The position numbers and the translations under genes were made by a program. This document shows positions 1 through 11,990 of a stretch of 64,000 nucleotides of DNA, piece after piece (position 1 is the stretch's first letter; each line of letters opens with the position of its first letter). The notes under the pieces were generated by a model that saw only the letters and a list, made by a program, of their open reading frames with translations, made no database searches and had not been told where the DNA came from. The DNA comes from Podarcis tiliguerta. Taxonomy: Eukaryota. The stretch is taken from the NCBI GenBank assembly GCA_965153285.1, contig OZ229117.1. One strand, written 5' to 3'.

Positions 1-409
1 ACCAAATTTGTATTTTCAAGTGTATATGGAAAAGCTTCAGAAATGTGTAAGAGGGAGGGGGGAGGGGATAGAGAAGAAGTGCCAGTTGCTTAAGAACACA
101 AGATCCTGCTGAATCAGACCATCTGGTTCTTACAGTGACAGAACAGATGCCTATGGGAAGCCCCAGAACAAGACCTGGGTGCAGTAGCACTCTGCCTACC
201 TGTGATTACAAGAAACTGGTACTCAGACAGTGAAGGTAGAACACAGCCATCATGGTTAGTAGCCATCAGTAGCCTTGCCCTTCATGAATTTCTGTAACCC
301 TTTCCTAAATCCATCCAAGCTGGTTGTCACCAGTGCCTCTTGCCGGAGTGGTATCCATAGTATGCACAGCATGAATAAGTACCTTTTGGTCTTTTCTGAA
401 TCTTCCAAC

Positions 410-800
410 CTGAAGGAGCATCTCCACCCCCATTTGGACACTAAGGTCCAGCTCTGAGGACCTTCTGGCAGTTCCCTCACTGCGAGAAGTGAGGTTACAG
501 GGAACCAGGCAGAGGGCCTTCTCAGTAGTGGCGCCCGTCCTGTGGAATGCCCTCCCATCAGATGTCAAGGAAATAAACAACTATCTGACTTTTAGAAGAC
601 ACCTGAAGGCAGCCCTGTTTAGGGAAGTTTTTAATGTTTGATGTTTTATCATATTTTTAATATTCTGTTGGGAGCCACCCAGAATGGCTGAGGAAAACCA
701 ACCAGATGGGTGGGGAATAAATAAATAAATAAATGTTATTGTTATTGTTGTTGTTGTTATTGTTGTTGTTATTGTTATTGTTATTGTTATTGTTATTGTT
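410..800 (+). mobile_element. L2 LINE 3' end with (TAAA)n/(TTG,TTA)n tail
   Basis: Plus translation ...GTRQRAFSVVAPVLWNALPSDVKEINNYLTFRRHLKAALFREVFNV*, typical L2 ORF2 C-terminus, followed by 3'UTR and simple-repeat tail. Confidence 0.8.
733..800. repeat. (TTG/TTA)n microsatellite (L2 tail expansion)
   Basis: Directly visible; explains the spurious poly-Leu ORF 733..957. Confidence 0.95.
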
Positions 801-1164
801 CAGCTTCATTGAACATCCTGAGTTCTATTATTTTGGGAGAAAAATGTCTCTCTACCGTCTCCATACCTTATACAATTTTATACACCTCTGTTATGTCACT
901 TCTTGTTTGCCTTTTCTGCAAACTAAAAAGGCCACATTGTGCAACCTTTTCTCATAGAGGAGTTAATCCAATCCTTGGATCTCTTGGGTTGCCCTTTTTT
1001 GAGCCTGAAGCTTGAGCTTCCTGTCTTCTCTACTTGCACAACTCTACCAACTGCAAGATGCAAAAGATATATCTTGTGCCTCTGGTAGTATGAGTGTAGG
1101 AGATGTGTATTCACTCCAGGCATTATATCTGTCATAATGGGTTGAGCATGTGTTGTGGCACAGC

Positions 1165-1277
1165 AAAGGCTTTGCATGCAGAACATCCCAGCTAATCCCT
1201 GGGATCTTCAAGTAGGACTGAGGAAGGTTTGCTAGGAACCCTGGAGAGCAGCAGACGTTACTGAACTAGATGGACCT
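1165..1277 (+). mobile_element. Degraded tRNA-derived SINE (tRNA-Ala-like head)
   Basis: gctttgcatgcagaa...ccctggagagc...actgaactagatggacc shared with copies at 9812, 24085, 55360-56030. Confidence 0.6.
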
Positions 1278-1859
1278 CTTCAGGTTCCCTCTGCATTCAG
1301 TGGTGTCCAAAGCTGCTCATACTGCCATGGAAAGACCACCAAAGCCAAACAGGGCAAGAAGGATGAGAAAGTTTAGACAGGAACAGGGCAGCTGCTGCTT
1401 CCAGCTGGGAGTTATGGAGCCAAACAGAGAAATGGTTGTGTTACTGTTGCTTTCTGATGCTTGTCACAGCTTGCCATCATCACTGCAATACAGCGAGCAA
1501 AGTAGACAGAGCTTTAAATGGAAAGCTTTTCTCCCACCCAGAAAAGTCTCCTGCATATATGTCTATTGCTTTCTCTGCTTTTCATTGCCCGCTAAAAACA
1601 TTTTTGTTTAGACATACATACCCAGATATGTAGAATCATGATATGTGATTTAAACTGTTTTTAGTCTATTAATGATTGTCGTTTTCTTTGCATGCTTTTA
1701 AATAGCTATCTTTAACTGTTTTTTACTGATAATTTTATTGTTTTATTCTCTTTGTAAACCACTTCGAGTTTTCTTTTCTTTTCAATCAAGCAGTATAGAA
1801 AAATTTCAAAATCAAGAAAAAATATTTCTTTTTTAAGAAACAGAAGGATATGCAGTTAT

Positions 1860-2075
1860 AGGGTGGTGTCCCACCCGCTTGTTCCATTAGTGCACGGATT
1901 GATGCTAGCGCAAGGGAACCTTCTCCTATGCATGCCCTGCACCCTCCCCAGATCTGCTCTGGAGGGTTTGGGAAAACTCACAACAGATTTTGGGAAAGGG
2001 AGGGGAGTTCCATTGTGTAAGTAGAAATCCTTGTGCCCACAGAAAAAGCGACAGCGCTACATTGGAATCAAGTCA
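1860..2075. mobile_element. Old quasi-palindromic MITE
   Basis: Internal inverted symmetry; related copy at ~11030-11262. Confidence 0.45.
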
Positions 2076-2351
2076 TTAGGTGCAGCAGTGAAGACTGATA
2101 AGCACTATTTAACCAGTAAGAATATGCAATGGAGCATTCTGTATATGCAAAGCATAAAGAAACTAGATGACCTATTTCTTTTATGGGGTGTTCCCTTGTT
2201 TTGGTTTTTTGGCTTTGGAGTTGTTACACCTCAACATTCCACACCTGGAAGCTCACAGGTTCTCATTATATCAAACATTTGATTTTGATGAAAAGTAATA
2301 ACAATAAGTCTATAGTCAATGTACTTCTGTTTTCCTAGACTTCCTAGGAAA

Positions 2352-2556
2352 GCATGTGTCATAGCCGATAGAGTGTTGGACTAAGACCTGAGAAACCAAG
2401 GTTCAGATCCCTTCTCAGCCATGGAGCTCACTGAGCAACTCGTGCTGCTCCTTTGCTTAACCTACCTCACAGGTAGGTTGTGGAGAGAAAGAGCAGCTAC
2501 CTACATCACCTTGAGCTCCTTGGAGAGAAGGTGTGATATAAAAGTGATAAATAAAT
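2352..2556 (+). mobile_element. MIR/Squam3-type CORE SINE, degraded
   Basis: agagtgttggactaagacctg...ggttcagatcc...cctacctcacagg...ttgagctccttggag...A-rich tail. Confidence 0.7.
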
Positions 2557-2868
2557 ATATGCGTACAGGCAGCAAGCAATTTCAGTGCATACAAAGGATG
2601 TGCAATTGCACATATGCACACAGTGTTGAACCTGGAAGTAGCCCCCACTACGTCATAAAGATGTCACAAAAAGGGGCAGGGCAGAGTGGGCTTACATGCG
2701 CTCTGCTGACATCTGCAGGGGTCCAGAATGTAACCCCTGTGCAAAACAAGGATTGCCTATACTCCTTTATATTTGGGTGGTTCTCTCTTGATTCCAAGCT
2801 GATAGGCACTTGACCACCTGAGATTGATATGATGAAAGATAATGGTTTCCCTTCATGGATCACTGCCT

Positions 2869-2997
2869 CCCCTTCATGGATCACTGCCTTGTTGTGGCGA
2901 AGGGGCTTGAATAACGCAGAGAAGCTATGAGCTATGCTGTGCAGGGCCACCCAAGATGGACAGGTCATAGTGGAGAGTTTTGACCAACTGTGATCCA
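2869..2997 (+). ncRNA. Candidate HDV/CPEB3-like self-cleaving ribozyme at the BovB 5' end
   Basis: P1 CCCCUUC(2869-75)/GAAGGGG(2899-2905); P2 UGGAUCAC(2877-84)/GUGAUCCA(2990-97); P3 GCC/GGC with 7-nt L3 UUGUUGU; possible P1.1 G2891-C2906; J4/2 C2985-A-A-C. Manual threading only. Confidence 0.65.
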
Positions 2998-3048
2998 CCT
3001 GGAGCAGGAACCGGCAAGCCACTCCAGTATCCCTGCCAAGAAAACTCC

Positions 3049-6042
3049 ATGGACAAAGACAACAGGCATATAAAAGTTATGACACTGGAAGATGAGCCCC
3101 TCAGGTCGGAAGGCGTCCAACATGCTACTGGGGAAGAGCGGAGGACAAGTACAAGTAGATTCAGAGCTGATGAAGTGGCTGGGCCAAAGCCGAAAGGACG
3201 CTCAGTTGCGGATATGCCTGAAAGCGAAAGGAAAGTCCAATGCTGTAAAGAAAAATATTGCATAGGAACCTGGAATGTAAGAACCATGAACCTTGGTAAG
3301 TTGGATGTGGTCAAAAATGAGATGGCAAGAATAAATATTGACATCCTGGGCATCAGTGAACTAAAATGGACGGGAATGGGCGAATTCAGTTCGGATGACC
3401 ATCATATCTACTACTGTGGGCAAGAATCCTGTAAAAGAAATGGTGTGGCCCTCATAGTCAACAAAAGAGTGGCAAAAGCGGTACTGGGATGCAATCTCAA
3501 AAATGATAGAATGATCTCGATACAAATCCAAGGCAGACCTTTTAACATCACAGTAATCCAAGTTTATGCACCAACCACTGGTGCTGAAGAAACTGAAATT
3601 GAGCAATTCTATGAAGACTTACAACACCTTATAGAAATGACACCAAAGAAGGATGTTCTTCTCATTATAGGGGATTGGAATGCTAAAGTAGGGAGTCAAG
3701 AGATAAAAGGAACAACTGGCAAGTTTGGCCTTGGAGTTCAAAACAAAGCAGGGCAAAGGCTAATAGAGTTCTGCCAAGAGAACAAGCTGGTCATCACAAA
3801 CACTCTTTTCCAACAACACAAGAGACGACTCTACACATGGACAGTCTATACAGTCTATACATGATGCAGTCTATACAGTCAGCAAAAACAAGACCTGGAG
3901 CTGACTGTGGCTCAGATCATCAGCTTCTTATAGCAAAATTCAAGCTTAAACTGAAGAAAGTAGGAAAAACCACTGGGCCAGTAAGATACAATCTAAGTCA
4001 AATCCCTTATGAATACACAGTGGAAGTGAGGAACAGGTTTAAGGATTTAGATTTGGTAGACAGAGTGCCTGAAGAACTATGGATGGAGGCTCGTAACATT
4101 ATACAGGAGGCAGCAACTAAAACCATCCCAATGAAAAGGAAATGCAAGAAAGCAAAGTGGCTGTCCAACGAGGCCTTACAAATAGCGGGGGAGAGACGGC
4201 AAGCAAAATGCGAGGGAGATAGTGAAAGATACAGGAAATTGAATGCAGATTTCCAAAAAATAGCAAGGAGAGACATTCTTAAATGAGCAATGCAAAGAAA
4301 TAGAGGAAAACAATAGAATGGGAAAAACCAGAGATCTGTTCAAGAAAATTGGAGATATGAAAGGAACATTTCATACAAAGATTACCATAATAAAAGACAA
4401 AAGTGGAAAGGACCTAACAGAAGCAGAAGACATCAAGAAGAGGTGGCAAGAATACACAGAGGAACTATACCAGAAAAAAATGGATGTCTCGTATATCCCA
4501 GGTAGTGTGGTTGCTGACCTTGAGCCAGACATCCTGGAGAGTGAAGTCAAATGGGCCTTAGAAAGCACTGCTAATAACAAGGCCAGTGGAAGTGATGATA
4601 TTCCAGCTGAACTATTTAAAATTTTAAAACACGAAGCTGTTAAGGTGCTACACTCAATATGCCACCAAATTTGGAAAACTCAGCAGTGGCCAGAGGATTG
4701 GAGAAGATCAGTCTACATCCCAATCCCAAAGAAGGGCAGTGCCAAAGAATGCTCCAACTACCGCACAATTGCACTCATTTCACACGCTAGCAAGGTTATG
4801 CTTAAAATTCTACAAGGCAGGCTTAAGCAGTATGTGGACCGAGAACTCCCAGAAGTGCAAGCTGGATTTCGAAGGGGCAGAGGAACCAGAGACCAAATTG
4901 CAAACATGCGCTGGATTATGGAGAAAGCTAGAGAGTTCCAGAAAGACATCTACTTCTGCTTCATTGACTATTCAAAAGCCTTTGACTGTGTTGACCACAG
5001 CAAACTATGGCAAGTTCTTAAAGAAATGGGAGTGCCTGATCACCTCATCTGTCTCCTGAGAAATCTCTATGTGGGGAAAGAAGCTACAGTTAGAACTGGA
5101 TATGGAACAACTGATGGGTTCAAAATTGGGAAAGGAGTACGGCAAGGCTGTAGATTGTCTCCCTGCTTATTTAACTTATATGCAGAATTCATCATGCGAA
5201 AGGCTGGGCTGGATGAATCCCAAGCCGGAATTAAGATCGCTGGAAGAAATATCAACAACCTCAGATATGCAGATGACACAACCTTGATGGCAGAAAGTGA
5301 GGAGGAATTAAAGAACCTTTTAATGAGGGTGAAAGAGGAGAGCACAAAATATGGCCTGAAGCTCAAAAAAAAACCAAAAAACCGAAGATCATGGCCACTG
5401 GGCCCATCACCTCCTGGCAAATAGAAGGGGAAGAAATGGAGGCAGTGAGAGATTTTACTTTCTTGGGCTCCATGATCACTGCAGATGGTGACAGCAGTCA
5501 CGAAATTAAAAGACGCCTGCTCCTTGGGAGAAAGGCGATGGCAAACCTAGACAACATCTTTAAAAGCAGGGACATCACCTTGCCAACAAAGGTCCGTATA
5601 GTAAAAGCCATGGTTTTCCCAGTAATGATGTATGGAAGTGAGAGCTGGACCATCAAGAAGGCTGATCGCCGAAGAATTGATGCTTTTGAATTATGGTGCT
5701 GGAGGAGACTCTTGAGAGTCCCATGGACTGCAAGAAGATCAAACGTATCCATTCGTAAGGAAATCAGCCCTGAGTGCTCACTGGAAGGACAGATCGTGAA
5801 GCTGAGGCTCCAATACTTTGGCCACCTCATGAGAAGAGAAGACTCCCTGGAAAAGACCCTGATGTTGGGAAAGATTGAGGGCACAAGAAGAAGGGGACGA
5901 CAGAGGATGAGATGGTTAGACAGTGTTCTGGAAGGTACAAACATGAATCTGACCAAACTGCGGGAGGTAGTGGAAGACAGGATTGCCTGGCGTGCTCTGG
6001 TCCATGGGGTCACGAAGAGTCAGACACGACCAAACGACCAAA
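3049..6042 (+). pseudogene. Disrupted BovB EN-RT ORF
   Basis: Split over ORFs 2980-3864, 3837-4286, 4318-5424, 5391-6089 by a deletion with filler (~3841-3870), a frameshift at ~4275 and an A-run indel at ~5365-5382; terminal TAA appears mutated to CAA relative to the copy at 36986. Confidence 0.9.
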
Positions 6043-9000
6043 CAACAACAATGGTTTCTCTCCCCGCAACCCAACCCAAGTGGAAATAGTTCATTCTCTT
6101 TCCCCTCCATTTTCTCTTCTACCCCAAAGACTAACATTTAGCCTTCTGCAATCTGGCTTTGTACTTCTAAGCATAAATGGTCATTCATCAACTCTGCATG
6201 GCTATGCATTTCTGCTAATGACCAGATATGGGAACCTTGCCAGTTCTGCTAATAACAGAGCCACTGAGTAGGCAAAAAAAGAAAAGAAAACCTAGTTATT
6301 GATCATTATTAGTTTCTTGTTAAATGAGGTGCGACATTGACAATTTACCTGCTTGGTGAAGAAATGTGTTAGTAGCCAATAAGGCAAGGTATTCCTCATG
6401 TCTTCCTTTTTCCTTAAGCAGTCATTTTAAAAGCACACATATATAGAATTATATAATATATGTAAAAATATGCCTAAAATTACCCTGTGTCTATCCCTAA
6501 CAACCAAAATATTTCTAAATAGAGAAATGTTACATTTAGGGCTGTCATTCATTTGCTTTCATTCATATTAAGTGAGTAATGAATTAAATTTCAATAAATT
6601 TGCATATTGCTTAAACCTCCATACAGGTGCATTTCTGAGATATTGAAAGAAATGTGAGCTAATGTACAATGTAATAAAATAGCCTCCATCATTCATTGTT
6701 TACAATTTACATTTTTTCTGCTATGGTAAGTTGCAAGAAACCTTACAGCCTTAAGAAATAAGCATCCCCCCCCCCCTTTATTCAAAGCCCACCAATTAAA
6801 ATTCACCTCCCAGCCAATTAATCAACTGAAATGTTAGTTGATTGATCTCCTGATTATACTTGTGTGCAGCATCATCCTAGGCATGCTTACTAGGAGGAAA
6901 ATCCAACTGAGTTCAATAAGACTGATTCCAAGATAAGTGTGTTTAGGATTGTGTCCTCAGACTACAACTATCATCATCATCATCATCATTTATTGCCTTC
7001 CATCAGGATCAAATCAGAAACTGGGATGGCTTCTGTAATTCTGGGACTGTCCCTGGAAAATAGGGACACTTGGATGTTATAATGTAAGTCATTCTGGATC
7101 ACTTAGTGAGAAAAACAATATGGGTGTCAGGATTACAGATGTCCCTCTTACACCAAGAATGCAGCAAGCTAGCGGTTTAATTGCTCTTAGATTTATTAGT
7201 ATTTACACAGTTGTTTCAGTCTGAGCTCACAACTCAATCATCTGCTGACAATGACGTTGAGCTCACTAAAGGGCGGGTCCTCCGCCAACAGGATATCCTC
7301 CATCGGCCACCCCTCCTCCTGTTGGACTGACATCAAGCCTGGACCCTACTCCTTCATCGTGTCTGGGGACTTCATTGTGTCCCCCTATGGAGCTGTCTCT
7401 AAAGGCTACAGTTCCTCTGAACCTGCCTCTGTCTGACCTACGCTATCTTGGGAATTTACAGCCAGCTCTCCAGGACAGGACGGGCTTGCCTCACTCTCAG
7501 TATGGGAAGGAAGGAAGCCTCTGTTTTCCCCAGCCTGCCGCCCCTCCTCTTCGGAGTCCTCGCTGTGGCTCTGGGAAGGGATGTTCTAAGTATGATACAC
7601 TGACTGGCAGCTTCTGTCCAGAGTTTCAGGCAGGTCTTTTCCAATTATACTGGAGATATCAGGGATTGACCTGGTACCTTCTCCATTCAAAGCAGATGCT
7701 CTGCCCCTGAGCTACAGCCCTTCCTAGTCAGGAAGCGGTATAAGAATATTTCCTGTTCCAACTAAGCTTGGCTTTGGCAACAAGGTGCTTCCTGACTTCT
7801 GATATGTTCCTCTAATTCTTGGTTATTTTTCTATATGGAATCCTAGTTTGGCCCTCAACCCTACCACCTGGCTTCTCCTTCATTCACTGCCTACTCTTTG
7901 CTTAGTTCATTCCCTCCTGGTTCATCCTTTTTGGTTCTGACTACAGGCTGACCCCATGACTCCTGGCTTAACCCAGACTGCTGCATTCCCATAGGCCTCT
8001 GGTTGGTCACTGTGAGAATGCAATGCAAGATTAAATGGGCTCCCTTTGGCCTGAGCCACAGCAAGTTTCTTCTTACTCTCATGGAGCAAACCTGGCAGGA
8101 TCAGGCCATAATATTCTGCGCCTACCAAAGTGGAATCCATACATTCATCTTTCATGTCCACATTTTCACCTTCTGGGAGGCAGACATGAAAGCAACAGAT
8201 CCTTTATCATCTCACAACCTCTGCCAAGTCCTTCATACTTTTAACTTATCCATTTCCCTTCAGAATTCTATATTTTTTATTTTTTTTACAACATCCTATT
8301 AAAAGGGAAAGTGCTAAAGAGATCTAAAGCTGCAAAAGGTTTTGCTAATGAGAAGGTGCTGAGGACAATTTCAAGCCCACTTTTTCCTTTCCATCTCTTT
8401 TTTTCCAAAGAGGGGGATATTGATTACTATTTTCAATTTAAATCTTGGACAAGCTTCTTCCTCTCACTCCCTCTCTTTCCCCCCACCCCCACCCCCCTGC
8501 CCCAGCTCTCCTTCTCTCTGATGTGCATGAGGGTCCTTCTAGTTGCAAGCAATGAAAACTAAATTGCCATTTCTTTGAACAAGATTGTACTGGGAATAAC
8601 TGGCGCAAACAACAATGGATGGTATTTGGCAGGGCATACCCAGATGCCTTGGACCCCAAACAGAGAGACCAATTTTCATCCAGTCTGATGGGGGGCTTTC
8701 ACTAATAGATTGGGGATTTCTCAGAGCCTCTCATCTTGTGGCTGAAACTGAGCGGCATTGACTCCACAACTGTATTAGCTGACCTTTTCTGGAAGTTGCC
8801 CAGAATGTTTGCAGAAAGGAGAAAACAAGGAAAGACAGAAGCACCTCCAATTATCAGGGAAAGTCAGGTATTTTTCAATCTCAGCATGATTCCTATGACT
8901 GTTAAATACTAGAAACAGCTACCAGGCAGGCTGGTTGAAACTCAGCGTTAACATGAAAAAAACAAAGCAACTGTTGCCATATCCGCTGAGAAGAGAAAAC

Positions 9001-9811
9001 AACGCAAGAGGTTTCAATTGCAAAAGGAGAAACCGAGGCCTGCTTTTCACATCCATGTCCATTGTTGAATTTCTCTGCACTGCACATACATTCTTGCCAG
9101 GGCCGGACCTACCATTATGGAGAGTGAGGCAGTTTCCTCAGGTGGCAGATGCTGGGGCAGCACTGGTGATTCGTTAAAGAACAGGGCTGCTGCCCTCAGG
9201 TCTAGGAAAATCAAACTTCCAATTGAGTTGGAGTCAGCATATGGAATGGGGGAAGGATCCATTTGGGCCAGCCTTGATACTTGTACAGTAGCTTGTTCCA
9301 GAACTGCTAGACACAGCTCTTGCAGATGGACACGTGCCAAGGATAAGGGTGACTTGGGTTGCTTATATTGAACTTGACAGTATGGAGCCCCACCTCACAA
9401 GGGTGGTGTTGGCAGGCTTCTCACTAGGCCCAAAGCATCTGCAGTGAGGGGAGTTGAATCAAAGGAAAAACAACAAAAGTCTGGGGATCTGGAACAGTCA
9501 CTGAATAAACTGAGTCAAGTCCCAACAAAACAAGGAAACTGGGAGGAGTCATAGAAACAGTCCCCTCTGAGGTTTTAAGTGTTGTGGTGCAGCATTGGAT
9601 GGCAGGTATATCCTACCTGGTTTGGGCCATGCAGCCCCTGAAGAGTTGGCCAAGAGGACATCCCACCCTAGAAGCAAAAAAGATGTCCCACCCCTTTTAC
9701 AAATCTGGACGCCTGGCCCTTGAAATATGAATGGGAATAATTATGATTCAATGAATGTGTGAGATGGCATTCTGCTGCTCAGTGATTTTTGCCACCAGCC
9801 CTCTCATAGGA

Positions 9812-9965
9812 GCTTAGGAAGCTGCCTCATACTGAGTCAGACCATTGGTCTGTAGCACAGCATTGCCTACACTAACTGTCAAAAGCTCTCCAGGGCTCCT
9901 AGCCATCTCTGGAAATGCAAAGAATTGGACCTGGGTCCTCCTGCACACAAAGCAGATGCTCTAGC
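9812..9965 (-). mobile_element. tRNA-derived SINE
   Basis: taggaagctgcctcatactgagtcagaccattggtc...agcagatgctct; same family as 1165 and 55850. Confidence 0.7.
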
Positions 9966-10859
9966 CTTCATTCTCCCCTCTCTCTCATTCATTAATCCAC
10001 CATTCATCAATTCTCTCTCTCACTCACTCTTATGTTTGGGCTGCACCTGAGAAGGCCCCCCAGAGCCCACCCCAATTCCCAAATTGCATTGAAACTTCCC
10101 TAGGTGAAATTCATGGTGGGATCTGACTCCAATATCTCAATGTTTTCCATGTGTCCCAGGCTGAAATGCTCGGGAAACCCTTGAGAAATATCACACACTG
10201 GTCTTACTGAGTCCTTTCCATGACTGCAAAATTCTCCTGAGATGTTCCTCTCCAGCAGCAACCTCCAACTTTGCCTCGGCTGCTTTCTGTCAGCAAAATT
10301 TCCCTGCCAGCTCTATTCTTAAGCCTCCTTTGTAAGTTCTGCTTGAGGGAAACAGTTGGCCTTCCCTGAAGGGGGTGCCACCAGGGGCTCAGTTCAGAGA
10401 TCAGCTTGGCAATGGCAGCCGAAACGATTACAGCCAAAAAGAAGTGCACTAAACTGAACCTAAGAGGCTCATTTTGCAGCAAGAAAGGCTTTGAAAGGGC
10501 CATTCACTTCTCATCACTCTCAAATCGCCTGGGAATAGGATGGGAAATGCTGTTAAGGGCCATTTATTCCAGGGAAGGAACAAGTGGACAAGGAGGCTTG
10601 ATGCTCAGGCGGCGCCGACATCAGTCTAGCCTGCCAGGTGCGGGGAGTCAGGGAGAGCTCCAAATTAAATTCCTCTCATTGAGCCCTGAAAAGCTCTAAA
10701 GGGTGGCCTGTACAAGATGTGTTGGGGAGCTGGGTGATTAAGGACCTATGGCCAGTGGTTGGTGGTGTCACCATTTAAAATATTGGAGCCAGCAGGAGAT
10801 CAACCATATAGGTCAGGCAGGCCACATAAGGGGAAGGACCCCTAGACATCTTTGCTTCT

Positions 10860-11020
10860 TCGAATCAATTTTTTCTCCCATGCTCTTTAATATCTGCATG
10901 AGTCATTGGGTAAGGTCATCCAGAGGTTTGGGCTAAGGTTTGTTTTGTTGTATTGTGATTTTTAATGTGATGAGCTGCCCTGAATGGTGCATGGGCATTT
11001 TTATATACATAAAATAAATA
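10860..11020 (+). mobile_element. L2 fragments (RT piece joined to 3' tail)
   Basis: FSPMLFNICM motif (L2 LSPxLFNIYM), then tail-like tgtattgtgatt...gagctgccctga. Confidence 0.5.
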
Positions 11021-11719
11021 TATTAGGATATATCCATCACAATGCTAAGTGAATGTTCCATCAGTGCGAGGATTTCTGTTTGCTGAACAAAGCATTCTCC
11101 CCGTCTCCTCCTCTTGTATGTCCCCGAAATCTCTTCTAGATGTTCAGTGAACCTTCTGAAGCAGATGTGGGCGAGAGTTGCATGTGGAGGGAGGAGGGGG
11201 AGGAAGTCCCATTGCAGAAGTGGACATCTTTGTGTTAACAAGACATGGTAGTTGAATACTGTTGTTGTTGTTGCCAAAATAGGTTGCGAAATAAAAAAGC
11301 AAATGCACAAACACTGAAATATGAACACCCATAACTAAAATATATGATAAAATAATCTCATTACAATGTGAGGTAGGGGGGTGGGTGTGTGTTCCATCCA
11401 TAATTAAAATACACGAAAACAGAAGACTCAGGTCAAGAGATATAGGAAATACCTGGGTGCATCTTCACCTATTTAAATAAGTATGCAGGTGACACACAGC
11501 TCTGCCTCATGTTTTAAGATTATTGATAGCTGTCCTGGACTTCAGGAAGGAGGAGGATGTGGCATAAGAACAACTAATCAGTTGGCCAAGCATGCCTGGA
11601 GGTAACCGAACCAGGATCAGAGTTTGGAATTCAATAAGGTCTGGATTAATTCTGGGTCAGAGAGGAGAGGTTTCTGCCCAGCTCTACTAAGGGTCAATGT
11701 TAGTTTATTTCTCAGAAGT

Positions 11720-11990
11720 AGGAATGTGAAAATGCCCTGTTTTCCATTGTGCCATGCAACACTGTTTCTCTACTGCTGCAGTTTCCCTTCTGCCAAAGTT
11801 CATTATTCATCTCGCTACCTGCTGTAGCAAAAATATGTAATATACGTAATTTGTGTAATTAATGTCATAAGTTATGCAGGTTGCATTGTTATTACGTTAT
11901 TCCAACCTCTTCATTTCAGTGCAAAGGAAATGCAATACAAATGCTTAATTACAGATTATTTGTGGACTGAAAGCAACAGCAGTAGGATAC
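11720..11990 (-). repeat. Unclassified ~250-bp dispersed repeat
   Basis: Shared with 28210-28460(+), 45190-45420(-), 55130-55330(+): tttgcactgaa-tgaa-ggggtggaataa...actgcagcagaatggaaa. Confidence 0.6.

Larger units (their letters stand above)
88..1007 (-). mobile_element. Old CR1 LINE 3' fragment (ORF2 C-terminus + 3'UTR), split by an L2 insertion at ~410-798
   Basis: Minus translation LRQEALVTTSLDGFRKGLQKFMKGKATDGY resembles the CR1 ORF2 end; sequence resumes colinearly at ttcagcttcattg (~799); same family recurs at ~13210, 40440, 42365, 49545. Confidence 0.8.
2850..6049 (+). mobile_element. Full-length (~3.2 kb) BovB (RTE clade) LINE
   Basis: APE endonuclease (IGTWNVRTM, GISELKW, GDWNAKVG, GSDH) and RT (GVRQGC, YADD) motifs; (CAA)n tail; 9-bp TSD AATGGTTTC at 2841-2849 and 6050-6058. 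Confidence 0.95.

Noticed and set aside
733-957. Poly-Leu ORF resembling a signal peptide
   Set aside because: Translation of a microsatellite plus antisense CR1
3166-3205. Hammerhead-like CUGAUGA...GAAA in BovB
   Set aside because: Stem II is offset by 3 nt, no stems I/III with a NUH site found, and it lies within the ORF
7251-7436. IVSGDF motif suggesting a LINE endonuclease remnant
   Set aside because: Single short motif without supporting flanking similarity
10208-10366. Possible minus-strand exons with AG/GT ends (also ~25919-26146 and ~53520-53750)
   Set aside because: Peptides unrecognisable and splice-like motifs occur by chance; RNA-seq would be needed
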